Shown here one piece after another: positions 40,911-50,784 of a DNA stretch of 64,000 nt (its first letter is position 1; every line of letters starts with the position of its first letter). A program made the translations under genes and the position numbers. Source of the stretch: an uncultured Nitrospiraceae bacterium (lineage in GTDB: Bacteria > Nitrospirota > Thermodesulfovibrionia > Thermodesulfovibrionales > UBA6898); assembly GCA_963811165.1 (NCBI GenBank), contig CAWEQH010000001.1:384001-448000 (forward strand). Reading direction: 5' to 3'. A model generated the notes under the pieces. It did not search any database. It was not told where the DNA came from and saw only the letters and a list, made by a program, of their open reading frames with translations.

Positions 40911-41321
40911 CTAATCCTGCCGATGGGCCGCCCCCGTGTTGTTTTCCTCTCCGGCATCGGATTTTGTGTCTGACGGCAGGTGATTGGCAACAAGGAAAAC
41001 CCCCACCGATATAATAATGGAAATAACAGCTACCGTGTAAGCGAGCGATTTGCCCTGCCATAACCCGTCAAACCAGCGCATCAGCTCATTGGCAAGCACA
41101 TTCACCTTTCCCCCGTAGAGTTCCAGATTATGCATATACATCTTGGAATCTTCGGGTGCAACCGGATACACATAACCGCCTGCCGCTTCATAGCCTAAAA
41201 CACCGTCTGAATTGTTCCCGGCTGTCAGATAAATCCAGGCTGCGCCGCCAAACCCGGCCAGGAGGATAACGGCCGCGATAAGGTAAAGGCGAGTCCTCAG
41301 ATCTATGATTTTCCTTTTCAT
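40911..41321 (-). CDS. Hypothetical membrane protein
   Basis: Two TM segments; SKMYMHNLELYGGK...WFDGLWQG. Confidence 0.7.
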   Translation of the reverse strand: MKRKIIDLRTRLYLIAAVILLAGFGGAAWIYLTAGNNSDGVLGYEAAGGYVYPVAPEDSKMYMHNLELYGGKVNVLANELMRWFDGLWQGKSLAYTVAVISIIISVGVFLVANHLPSDTKSDAGEENNTGAAHRQD

Positions 41322-41331
41322 GTCCCGGGAC

Positions 41332-42972
41332 TTATTTCCATTTTTTCTTCGGGAACGATTTTGAGGAGGTGGCCTTCGCTTTTGAGACCGTGACCTTCTT
41401 TCCCCTGATGACGGCCTTGTTCATCGCAACCAGGACTTTTTCGACGATCTCTGAGGGGACTTCGAAGAACGTAAAATTGTCCATTATATCTATCTTCCCT
41501 ATGCGCTTTCCCGGGATACCGGTCTCGACAGCTATCGACTTGAGTATCTCGGCCGTCTGGACCTTGTCTTTGTGACCAAGGGTCATAAAGAGCCTTGTCA
41601 TCCCCTTCTCTCCCGTCCCTTGCAGCCCAGTCCTTTTTTCACCGGCAGGCCGCGGCTGGTACTTCACGAGCTCCGTCACCTCCATGCTTCCGAATGCGAT
41701 CGAAAGGGCCGCTGCTCCAAGTTCCTCTATGTCGGCAGATTCGGCAAGCTCTCTGATGACGGCCATGTACGTTCTGTGTTTCCCCTTCTCTATGATCTCC
41801 GAAAGGTCCGCTTTTATCTGTCTCTGGCGGGCCTTTCTGACCTCGGCTACGGAAGGGACTTCCTGTCGGCTCAGTTTCGTCTTTGCGATCCTCTCTATCA
41901 GCTGCAGCTGTCGGTATTCGCGGGGCGTCACAAACGTGACCGCTATCCCCGCACGTCCCGCCCTTCCGGTACGGCCGATCCTGTGGACATACCCTTCGGG
42001 GTTCTGGGGAATGCTATAGTTGATGACATGACTGATGTTTTCCACGTCTATACCCCTGCCCGCCACGTCGGTGGCGACGAGGATATCGACCCTGCCTTCC
42101 TTGAATTTCCCCATCATATCTTCTCTGTGCGACTGGGTAAAGTCACCATGGAGGGCGCCGGCGTTATAGCCGAGCTTCTGCAGTCTTGCCGAAACATCGT
42201 CGACTTCCCTCTTGGTATGGCAAAAAACAAGTGTCCGTTCAGGCGACTCCACGTCGAGAAGCCGTCTTAGGACCTCGGGCTTGTCTCTTTCCAGGACCTC
42301 GTAAAATACCTGCTTGATCATCGGGGCGATGATGTCTTTTACGTTGATCGCGATCTTGAGGGGATCGCGCATATGCCTCTTTGAGATCTTGAGGATTTCA
42401 GGCGGCATAGTCGCAGAGTAGAGCATGGTCTGCCTCGTCGCAGGCGTCATATCGAGTATCTTTTCGATGTCGACGATAAACCCCATATCGAGCATCTCAT
42501 CGGCCTCATCGAGAACGACGGTAGAGACGCTCCCCACAGACATCGTCCCTCTGTTGAGATGGTCGAGGATACGTCCCGGAGTTCCGACTACGATATTCGT
42601 GCCCTGCCTGAGGGCCTTCATCTGCTCAACGATGGATGCGCCTCCGTAGACCGTCAGGATCGAACACTTCTTGTACTTTGCGAGCGAAGCCAACTCCCCG
42701 GAAACCTGGAGGGCCAGCTCACGCGTAGGCTCTATAATGAGGGCAAAAGGTTTTTTGCCGGAATAATTCTTTTCGATGATCGGTATGCCGAAGGACGCGG
42801 TCTTGCCCGTGCCTGTCTGCGCCTGGCCGATGATGTCGCGGCCCTCGAGCGCGTGGGGTATGGTTAATTCCTGGATCGGCGTCGGCTCCTCAAAACCCAT
42901 CTCGCCGATCGCCTTGATCACTGCGGGGCTTAAATTCAGGTCGCTAAAACTTCCCACTACTTTCTTGTCCAA
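41332..42972 (-). CDS. deaD: DEAD-box RNA helicase (DeaD/CshA type, DbpA RNA-binding domain)
   Basis: AQTGTGKT, PTRELA, DEADEM, SAT, HRIGRTGRAG; TTG start with RBS. Confidence 0.92.
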   Translation of the reverse strand: MDKKVVGSFSDLNLSPAVIKAIGEMGFEEPTPIQELTIPHALEGRDIIGQAQTGTGKTASFGIPIIEKNYSGKKPFALIIEPTRELALQVSGELASLAKYKKCSILTVYGGASIVEQMKALRQGTNIVVGTPGRILDHLNRGTMSVGSVSTVVLDEADEMLDMGFIVDIEKILDMTPATRQTMLYSATMPPEILKISKRHMRDPLKIAINVKDIIAPMIKQVFYEVLERDKPEVLRRLLDVESPERTLVFCHTKREVDDVSARLQKLGYNAGALHGDFTQSHREDMMGKFKEGRVDILVATDVAGRGIDVENISHVINYSIPQNPEGYVHRIGRTGRAGRAGIAVTFVTPREYRQLQLIERIAKTKLSRQEVPSVAEVRKARQRQIKADLSEIIEKGKHRTYMAVIRELAESADIEELGAAALSIAFGSMEVTELVKYQPRPAGEKRTGLQGTGEKGMTRLFMTLGHKDKVQTAEILKSIAVETGIPGKRIGKIDIMDNFTFFEVPSEIVEKVLVAMNKAVIRGKKVTVSKAKATSSKSFPKKKWK

Positions 42973-43168
42973 TAAACAGCTCCTTTAGTCAGGTGAAAAA
43001 ATAAAACCCCAGGGCCTTAATACCCCTGAGGTTGATTATGCGTGCGAGTAATATTATGACACGATTATTATGGGCCATTTCCCGGGGCTTTGTCAACGCG
43101 CCAATTGGGAAGCCCGCAATAGACATTTTCCAATTGCCTTGCCATCGTGGCTGATCCGGGTCACCCTC

Positions 43169-43684
43169 TCAGCCATGCCGCGGATGGTTCTGTTTGAGCA
43201 GCCCGCCCTGAACTGAAATGCCCAGCACGAGAAGGAGAATGAAGAACAACCCTGCCAATTGCGGACCGAAGTGGAATGACCTGATGATGAGACCGGCCCC
43301 TAAGAAGGAAGAAAGCACAATAAGCGTCCAGCGGAACAACACCTTCATGAGGACGGCCCCGATTATACCGCCTAGAATAAACACGAGCCAGTGGTAATGG
43401 CCGATGCCCCCGCCAAATTCTTTAAGCAGCTCGAGGAGCAGGTAGCCCCCCGCAACAAATCCTCCGACTAAGACAGCGACTTTCTGAAAAAAGACGGCGA
43501 GCATCGCCCCCGCAGCCCCGCCGCAGAGGGCGATGACGAGGATAACGTTCTGCGGCTGGCCGTGTATTATCTGTTTCGCGATATCATAGCCGAGGACGAA
43601 TCCGATACCCCCGAGGAAAAGCCAGTAGAGTCTGCGGCCCATCGCAAGCATTGCAATTCCGAGGATCAACCTGAATATATCCAT
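43169..43684 (-). CDS. Multi-pass membrane protein (DUF4203-like)
   Basis: Highly hydrophobic Gly-rich ORF: GRRLYWLF...GFVAGG...SSFLGA. Confidence 0.7.
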   Translation of the reverse strand: MDIFRLILGIAMLAMGRRLYWLFLGGIGFVLGYDIAKQIIHGQPQNVILVIALCGGAAGAMLAVFFQKVAVLVGGFVAGGYLLLELLKEFGGGIGHYHWLVFILGGIIGAVLMKVLFRWTLIVLSSFLGAGLIIRSFHFGPQLAGLFFILLLVLGISVQGGLLKQNHPRHG

Positions 43685-43763
43685 GTCGGTTATAGTGTAT
43701 CATTTACGTCCGACATTGTTGATCTTCGCCCTCAATCAGGCACCTGGAATCTTTGCTGGGGCC

Positions 43764-46034
43764 TCACTTCTTCTTAAACGCATCGTAAAAGGGATTATTC
43801 GTAAAGCGCGGCGGCGTTCTCTCTTCCTTGTCACGCCTTTTTTCGGTCTTCTGAGGAGTCGCCCTTACTTTTTCTTTCTTGCTCCCGGATTCCGCCCCGG
43901 GCCGCCCCGACTTCATCGAAAGGGAGATACGCCTGCGCTTCAGGTCCACGTCCACCACCGTAACCGTCACCTGCTGGTGGACCTTCACTGCGTCAGCGGG
44001 TTTTTTCACGAAGCTGTCGGAAAGTTCGCTGATATGCACGAGACCGTCCTGGTGGACGCCTATGTCGACGAAGACGCCGAAGGCGGTGATATTGGTGACG
44101 ATGCCGGGAAGCTTCATCCCGGGCCTCACATCTTCGATCTTTTGAATACCTTCGGCAAACCCGAAGGCTTCGAATTTCTCTCTTGGGTCCCGCCCCGGCT
44201 TGGCAAGTTCGGCCACAATGTCGCTCAGGGTCGGTATGCCTACCGTGTCAGTCACATAACGCGAAAGGTCTATTTTTTTCCTTAGCCCGTCATCCTTCAT
44301 AAGGTCTACCAGGGAGCATCCAAGGTCCCGGGCCATGGTGTCAACGACTTTATATCTTTCCGGATGGACCGCCGAACCGTCGAGGGGGTTTTCACTGTTT
44401 CGTATGCGGAGGAACCCTGCCGCCTGTTCGAAGGCCTTCGCCCCGAGGCGGGGGACCTTCCTCAGTTCCTCCCGTGATCTGAAAGGACCATGTTCGTTTC
44501 GATACTCCACGATGCCTTTTGCAAGCTGAGGTCCCAGTCCCGATACATAGGTGAGCAGCTGTCTGCTTGCGGTATTTACCTCGACGCCCACACCGTTGAC
44601 GCAGCTCATGACCACGTCATCGATGCTTTTCTTCAAGGCAGTCTGGTCAACATCATGCTGGTATTGGCCTACCCCGATCGACTTCGGATCTATCTTGACG
44701 AGTTCTGCGAGAGGGTCCATGAGACGCCGGCCGATAGAAACCGAACCGCGCACAGTGATATCATGATCGGGAAATTCCTCACGGGCCGCCTCCGAAGCCG
44801 AATAGATGGATGCCCCGCTTTCATTTACCATCACGATCATGACCTCCCCGGAAAGGCCGAGGCCCCTGATGAAGGATTCGGTCTCTCTTCCGGCAGTGCC
44901 GTTTCCTATGGCTATCGCCTCGATCCCGAACCGGCTGCAAAGGGCCCTGATCTTTGCGGCGGCATCCGAAACGCCTTTTTCGTTAAAGTGCGGGTAGATG
45001 GTGTCGTTATGGAGAAGCTTCCCCTGACGGTCGAGGCATACCAATTTGCAGCCTGTCCTGAAACCAGGATCGACGGCCAGGACGTTCTTTCTGCCCAGCG
45101 GCGGGGCAAGCAGAAGCTGCCTGACGTTTTCGACAAATACACGGATCGCTTCCTCGTCGGCCCGCCTCTTCACCGCAAGGCGGATCTCAGTCTCCATCGA
45201 AGAAGAGAGCAGCCGCTTGTAGCCGTCATGGACAGCTGCCTTCACCTGATCAGACGCCGCCCCATTACCCTTTATAAAGAGCGATTCGAGCAGGGCGATC
45301 GCCTCATCCTCGGGAGGCGATATGCGCAGGATAAGAAACCCCTCACTCTCCCCGCGACGGACCGCCAGGACCCTGTGTGACGGTGTCTTCGATACAGGCT
45401 CCTCCCATTCATAATAGTCTTTATACTTTGTCCCCTCTTCCTCCTTCCCGCTGATGACCTTCGACCGCAGGACGCCTTTGGAGGAAAAAAGTTCGCGCAT
45501 CTGTTGGCGTGCGCGCTGGTCTTCGCTCACCCACTCGGCGATGATGTCCCGTCCTCCGGCAAGCGCCTCCTCTGCGGATGCTACCCCTTTTTCAGCGTCT
45601 ATGAATTTGGCGGCCTCGGCCGCAGGATCCATCCTGCACTGTGCGAAAATCTGTGAGGCCAGGGGTTCGAGCCCCTTTTCTCTTGCAACCGTGGCACGCG
45701 TGCGGCGTTTGGGCCGGAAGGGGAGATAGATGTCCTCAAGCGACGTGAGACATTCGGCGCCCTCTATCGCGGCCTTTAACTCCTCAGTGAGCAGGCCCCG
45801 CTCTTCCATAGACCTGATGATTGCCTCTCGCCGTGCACCGAGTTCCCTCAGCTGGTCGAGTCGGTCTCTGATAGCGGCGACCGCGACTTCATCAAGGCTG
45901 CCGGTGGCCTCTTTCCTGTACCTGGATATGAAGGGTACGGTCGCCCCTTCTCCGAGCAGTGCAGCCGCAGCTTTCACCTGCACCGGTTTGACGGTAAGTT
46001 CCTTTGCGATCAATAAAATATGTGATTCGTTCAT
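43764..46034 (-). CDS. tex: Tex-family RNA-binding transcription accessory protein
   Basis: GATVPFISRYRKEATG, DPGFRTGCK, ESGASIYSAS, GVGQYQHDV, S1 domain. Confidence 0.96.
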   Translation of the reverse strand: MNESHILLIAKELTVKPVQVKAAAALLGEGATVPFISRYRKEATGSLDEVAVAAIRDRLDQLRELGARREAIIRSMEERGLLTEELKAAIEGAECLTSLEDIYLPFRPKRRTRATVAREKGLEPLASQIFAQCRMDPAAEAAKFIDAEKGVASAEEALAGGRDIIAEWVSEDQRARQQMRELFSSKGVLRSKVISGKEEEGTKYKDYYEWEEPVSKTPSHRVLAVRRGESEGFLILRISPPEDEAIALLESLFIKGNGAASDQVKAAVHDGYKRLLSSSMETEIRLAVKRRADEEAIRVFVENVRQLLLAPPLGRKNVLAVDPGFRTGCKLVCLDRQGKLLHNDTIYPHFNEKGVSDAAAKIRALCSRFGIEAIAIGNGTAGRETESFIRGLGLSGEVMIVMVNESGASIYSASEAAREEFPDHDITVRGSVSIGRRLMDPLAELVKIDPKSIGVGQYQHDVDQTALKKSIDDVVMSCVNGVGVEVNTASRQLLTYVSGLGPQLAKGIVEYRNEHGPFRSREELRKVPRLGAKAFEQAAGFLRIRNSENPLDGSAVHPERYKVVDTMARDLGCSLVDLMKDDGLRKKIDLSRYVTDTVGIPTLSDIVAELAKPGRDPREKFEAFGFAEGIQKIEDVRPGMKLPGIVTNITAFGVFVDIGVHQDGLVHISELSDSFVKKPADAVKVHQQVTVTVVDVDLKRRRISLSMKSGRPGAESGSKKEKVRATPQKTEKRRDKEERTPPRFTNNPFYDAFKKK

Positions 46035-46262
46035 TTTTCTCCTTGATCTCTGATGAAACGGCCCGCTGTTTACCGCAGAAAAGTTTGCTTTTTCGAAACC
46101 GGAGCTTTCCATGGTGCGTAGACACAGATGAGAACAGGCCTTTGTATTGCCGTTTCGAATAGGTTATCAAAAAAGGAAATGCAGAGTAAAGCGTAAGGCA
46201 GGCTCAAGAGGAGACCATCTCTTCTCTTATTCTTACCCGGACATCGCTGCATGAAATGGCCC

Positions 46263-48281
46263 TCAGTCTCCGAGGATGGACTTTATATTGGCGAAGAACT
46301 TCTTCGCATGGACCTTCTCCTGCTCAGGGGTCAGCTTTTCGAACCGGTCGACTCTCCTGAGCGCATCTTCCGGGATTTCATCCAGGAACCTCGACGGTAC
46401 CGAGGGCGCCTCCTTCCCGTACTTGGACCTGTGTTCCGTATAGGTGATATAAAGTTCGTTCATGGCCCTTGTGATGCCTACATAAAAGAGCCTTCTTTCC
46501 TCTTCTATCCCTTCGCTCATATGAACGGATTTCTTGTGGGGAAGTATCTCGTCTTCGACCCCGACGATGAAGACGACGGGGAATTCCAGGCCCTTCGAAG
46601 AATGAAATGATATGAGCGTGACGCCGCGTCCGCCCCTTTCCTCCTTCTCCTCTATCAGGTCGGTCAAGGCCATCGTCTCAAGGAACCCGTGTAGTGAAGG
46701 CGGGTGTTCGGATGATTCGTAATGGGTCATGGAATCGACGAACCCTTCGAGGTTTTCTATCTTCCGGAATGCGACCTCGGGCGTCTTGTAAAGCTCGCTG
46801 ATATAGTCCCGGTAGCTGATCTCTTCTATGAGAAGTCTGAGGGTCTTGCCCATCTCCGTGCCCTTCTTGAATTTATCCCGATAACGCATAATCAGATCTG
46901 AGAGCGAAGCCGCTGAAGAAGCCGCCTTTTGTCCGAGGCCGGGGACGGCGGATGCCTTCCCAAAAGCCTCAAGAAGGCTCAGGGAATTCTTACTGCCGAA
47001 ATCGGCGAGCATGCCGAGTGCGGAAGGCCCTAACCCTCTCTTAGGAGCGCCGGCCGCCCTCAGGAGGCTCATGTCGTCTGAGGGGTTTGCGATGATCTTG
47101 AGGTATGCCGCCAGGTCCTTGATCTCCTTGTGTTCGAAATAGCTTGTCCCGCCGACAACGGAATAGGGGATGCGTTTTTTCCTCAAGGCCTCCTCAAAGG
47201 GCCTTGAAAAGAGATTCGCCCTGTAGATGACCGCAAAATCTTCGCAGGGATTATTTCTCTCGAACTGTATCATCGAGATCCTGTCGACCACCCATTCTGC
47301 CTCATCTTCCGTGTCGATGGCCATAAAGATATTGACTTTGGGGCCTTCACCTCTTTCGGTCCAGAGGGATTTTTCCATTCTCCTTTTGTTGTTCGTGATC
47401 ACGCCGTTTGCCGCATCAAGGATATGTCCGAAGGAACGATAGTTCTGTTCGAGCCTCACCGTTACGGTGCCCGGAAAATCCTTTTCGAAGTCGAGGATAT
47501 TGCCGAGGTTTGCGCCACGCCAGCCGTAGATCGACTGGTCGTCATCGCCCACCACGCAGAGGTTCTTTCTCTCGCCCGAAAGCAGTTTGATGAAATCATA
47601 CTGGACCCGGTTCGTATCCTGGTACTCATCGACCATAAGGTACCTGAACCTCTCCCTGTATCTTTCGAGGACGGCGGGATGTTCCCTGAAGAGTTTTAGG
47701 GTGAGCAGGAGCAGGTCGTCGAAGTCGAGTGCGTTCAGCGATTTCAGCGCATCGAGGTAGCGGGGATAGATCATCGCCGAGGCCTCCTCTAGCGGATCGT
47801 CCGGCGATGCGGGCCCCGGAGGGGCGAAATCGTTCTTTGTCCTGCTGATCTTCTCAAGGATCGATTCCGCCTTGAAACTCTTGTCGTAGAATTTGATATC
47901 CGAGAGGATATTGCGGAGGAGGGAAACCTGGTCCGACGTGTCGTAGATGGTGAAGTCCTTCCTGTACCCGAGATGCTCGATCTCTCTCCTTAGTATCCTT
48001 AGGCAGAGGGAGTGAAAAGTGGAGATGACCGGCGACCCATTTTCCCCTCTCACCAAAGCCTTTACCCGTTGCTGCATCTCTCTGGCCGCCTTGTTTGTAA
48101 AGGTGACCGCCAGGACCGACCCTGCCCTGACGCCCGTATGAATCAGGTGTGCGGTCCTCATCGTGATGACCCGTGTCTTTCCGGAGCCCGCCCCGGCAAG
48201 GATCAGAAGAGGGCCGTCAATATGCATGACCGCTTCCTTCTGCCTCGGGTTAAGACGCGCTATTGCCCTATATATATCCAC
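46263..48281 (-). CDS. UvrD/Rep/PcrA-family DNA helicase
   Basis: AGAGSGKT, TFTNKAA, DEYQDTN, GDDDQSIYGWRGA, HSSKGLEF, EERRLFYVGITRA. Confidence 0.95.
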   Translation of the reverse strand: MDIYRAIARLNPRQKEAVMHIDGPLLILAGAGSGKTRVITMRTAHLIHTGVRAGSVLAVTFTNKAAREMQQRVKALVRGENGSPVISTFHSLCLRILRREIEHLGYRKDFTIYDTSDQVSLLRNILSDIKFYDKSFKAESILEKISRTKNDFAPPGPASPDDPLEEASAMIYPRYLDALKSLNALDFDDLLLLTLKLFREHPAVLERYRERFRYLMVDEYQDTNRVQYDFIKLLSGERKNLCVVGDDDQSIYGWRGANLGNILDFEKDFPGTVTVRLEQNYRSFGHILDAANGVITNNKRRMEKSLWTERGEGPKVNIFMAIDTEDEAEWVVDRISMIQFERNNPCEDFAVIYRANLFSRPFEEALRKKRIPYSVVGGTSYFEHKEIKDLAAYLKIIANPSDDMSLLRAAGAPKRGLGPSALGMLADFGSKNSLSLLEAFGKASAVPGLGQKAASSAASLSDLIMRYRDKFKKGTEMGKTLRLLIEEISYRDYISELYKTPEVAFRKIENLEGFVDSMTHYESSEHPPSLHGFLETMALTDLIEEKEERGGRGVTLISFHSSKGLEFPVVFIVGVEDEILPHKKSVHMSEGIEEERRLFYVGITRAMNELYITYTEHRSKYGKEAPSVPSRFLDEIPEDALRRVDRFEKLTPEQEKVHAKKFFANIKSILGD

Positions 48282-48488
48282 CGGTAGTTTCCTTTCAGGT
48301 ACTCATATCGAAGACAAAGTGCTGCACTCATAGGAATCAGAGTCAGATTTTCCAAACCGGCAGGAATGCCGAAGAAAAAAACAGCGCTCTATATTACCGT
48401 TTTGAGAAGGAGAAGGCAACACAGAGGGCACACACAGAGGGCACAAAGTTTCGAAGAAGGCGAAATAAGGGGGTCCATCGGTATTTCT

Positions 48489-49277
48489 TTAGAGCGACTG
48501 GATAAGCGCCGGTTCAAACATGGAATCTGCTATCTCCGGATTTATAAAATATGTATCTATGACTGTTTGGGCTATTTTCATTCCCCCCGCATAATTGGTG
48601 ATCCTGAAGGGGAATACGGAGCCGCCTACCTTTTTAAAGTCCGAGAATTCGGCTGAGAGGGATATCGATTTGTTTCCTTCGGTAAAATACCCGGTAACTT
48701 TTACGATAAGAAAATTGTGCTCATCGATACAGATATCCATTTCAGCCCCGTCTTTGTCACTTAGGTGGAGGACTTCAACGCCGTTTCCATTGAGAGAAGA
48801 CCTGCCGGCGGAATGTATCCGGTATGTCCCCTTTACGAGATCATGAAGTATATCCAGGTGTTTGTATTGATACACCATGGCTACGTACCGGGGGCCGAAC
48901 GCTTCTTCAAGTGGACGGGAGTCGGAGGCCCTGTATCCTCTGTCCCCCTGTAAGATCCTGAGTTCCCATGAACGCCCGTATTTTGTCTCGATGCGGAGTT
49001 TCCTTGCCCTTTTGAAATAGAGGTCATACGTCCCGTTTTCATGGAGCATAAACGCCTCGGTCCTTCCCGTTGCATGAAGGGCATTTATCGCTTCGACGGC
49101 ATCTTTACCGCCATACGCACCGATTACTTTATCGATTAGAGAGGTAATCCTTCCGGCCTCATTTGCCGTTTCTTCTGCAAAGAGATTTTCTGCGGTTGCG
49201 GTAAAAAAGAGGGAGAGCAATAGTACATAAAAGAAAAACCGCGGTGCGTGCCGCCTCATTTCCGAAATCATATGCAT
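48489..49277 (-). CDS. Exported hypothetical protein (start uncertain)
   Basis: Signal peptide; IGAYGG...FSDFKKVGGSVFPF...INPEIADSMF. Confidence 0.65.
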   Translation of the reverse strand: MHMISEMRRHAPRFFFYVLLLSLFFTATAENLFAEETANEAGRITSLIDKVIGAYGGKDAVEAINALHATGRTEAFMLHENGTYDLYFKRARKLRIETKYGRSWELRILQGDRGYRASDSRPLEEAFGPRYVAMVYQYKHLDILHDLVKGTYRIHSAGRSSLNGNGVEVLHLSDKDGAEMDICIDEHNFLIVKVTGYFTEGNKSISLSAEFSDFKKVGGSVFPFRITNYAGGMKIAQTVIDTYFINPEIADSMFEPALIQSL

Positions 49278-49444
49278 CGCAAATGATAATCCTTTGAGGA
49301 TGGTAATATCAACTAGATGCTGCAATCCGTGGGACGGCCTTGCATTTATAGATGGTGAAAATAGCCTGATTATTGTATAATTTCCCCAGAGTGTCTTAGG
49401 CAAAGAGGGAGCAAGACTCTATATCTCATATCTTAAGGAGGAGA

Positions 49445-49837
49445 ATGATGGCAGCAAAAGCAAAGACGACGTCCAGGAAGCCAGTCAAGAAGACCGCTGC
49501 GGCCAAGAAGGTTGTCAAGCAAACGACGGCAGCCAAGAAGCCGGCCAAGAAGGCAGCCGCCCCGAAGAAAGTGGTAAAGAAAAAGAGAGCCCCCAATCCG
49601 GCATTTATGAAGGCCATGAAACCAAGCGATGCACTGGCCATGGTCGTAGGCAGCAAGCCGATTCCCAGGACGGAGGTAACAAAGAAGCTCTGGGACTATA
49701 TCAAAAAGAACAAACTCCAGGATGCGAAGAATAGAAGGAACATCAATGCCGATGCAAACCTCCTGGCGGTATTCGGCGGTAAAAAACAGGTCTCGATGTT
49801 CGAGATGACCAAACTGGTCAATAAACACCTGAGCTAA
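49445..49837 (+). CDS. SWIB/MDM2-domain protein with Lys/Ala-rich histone-H1-like N-terminus
   Basis: PRTEVTKKLWDYIKKNKLQD...SMFEMTK; AAKK repeats. Confidence 0.92.
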   Translation: MMAAKAKTTSRKPVKKTAAAKKVVKQTTAAKKPAKKAAAPKKVVKKKRAPNPAFMKAMKPSDALAMVVGSKPIPRTEVTKKLWDYIKKNKLQDAKNRRNINADANLLAVFGGKKQVSMFEMTKLVNKHLS

Positions 49838-49850
49838 GAAATATATCCGA

Positions 49851-49887
49851 AAAAGGCGGGAGGGCTATATTCTCTCCCGCCTTTTTT
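49851..49887 (+). terminator. Intrinsic (probably bidirectional) terminator
   Basis: AAAAGGCGGGAG...CTCCCGCCTTTTTT. Confidence 0.85.
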
Positions 49888-49963
49888 GTTTTTGTCTGCA
49901 GCGTGGAGGAAACGGTCGAAGGGGATTTCAACCGAGTAGCGCATGTTTTGTTTTGTCTCTTCA

Positions 49964-50443
49964 TCATACCTTTATCTTCTTTGGACATGACTCCATTTTG
50001 ATGACAGTCGGCTTAACCAATCCCGAGAAGTCCTTATAAGGCACCTTTATAAGCTCAATGTGGGACCCCGCATTGAAGGCTATCTCATCGTCGCGGGTCA
50101 GGCTTTCGGCGACATACACCTGCAAGCCATAGAGATTTCCGAAGGGCGGCATCGCCCCGGCCTCGCAGTCAGGAAACATGTCCGTGAATTCCTGCTCGGT
50201 GGCGAGTTCCACCGTGGCGCCGACGGCGGCCCGTAAGAGAGCAAAATCGATTTTTTCAGAGGCGGGCAACACGGCCATCGCCATCTTGCCGTCGATTTTC
50301 ACCATCACTGTTTTGGCCAGCTCCCTGCCTGAGATATGGGCCGATTGCGCGGTTTCCTGAGAGGTGTATGTCTCGTAATGAACGACCGACTCATATTTTA
50401 CGTTTTGGCTGTCCAGATACTCCTTTAATTTCTTAAGCGGCAT
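49964..50443 (-). CDS. YbaK/EbsC aminoacyl-tRNA deacylase family
   Basis: LAKTVMVK, FPDCEAGAMPPFG, FNAGSH. Confidence 0.92.
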   Translation of the reverse strand: MPLKKLKEYLDSQNVKYESVVHYETYTSQETAQSAHISGRELAKTVMVKIDGKMAMAVLPASEKIDFALLRAAVGATVELATEQEFTDMFPDCEAGAMPPFGNLYGLQVYVAESLTRDDEIAFNAGSHIELIKVPYKDFSGLVKPTVIKMESCPKKIKV

Positions 50444-50474
50444 GACAACCCCCTTTTTTCTTCCATCGGCATTC

Positions 50475-50735
50475 TTATCCGAAATATTCCCTTATCTTCG
50501 ATTCGATCGCGAGGTAAGGCACAAGGAAGGGTTTGACGACGATTGTGACTCTTATCTCTTTTTCCTCGGTGCAGCAATATTCCCCCTTTATAAATCCTAA
50601 CGGGGTCTTCCCGGAGAAACTTCCGCTTCCTTCGTTACCCAGAAAACTCCATCCATAGTCTGCGATTGCCGATTTTACCCTCTCTATAACGGCCGGGATT
50701 TCATCAGAAGATCTTATCGTGAAAGTGTGTGCCAT
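50475..50735 (-). CDS. Hypothetical protein
   Basis: GGAGG RBS; FSGKTPLGFIKGEY...KPFLVP. Confidence 0.6.
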   Translation of the reverse strand: MAHTFTIRSSDEIPAVIERVKSAIADYGWSFLGNEGSGSFSGKTPLGFIKGEYCCTEEKEIRVTIVVKPFLVPYLAIESKIREYFG

Positions 50736-50784
50736 TTCCCTCCCATATCCTCAATCATAAGCGCCTGAAACATCTTACTTACAA

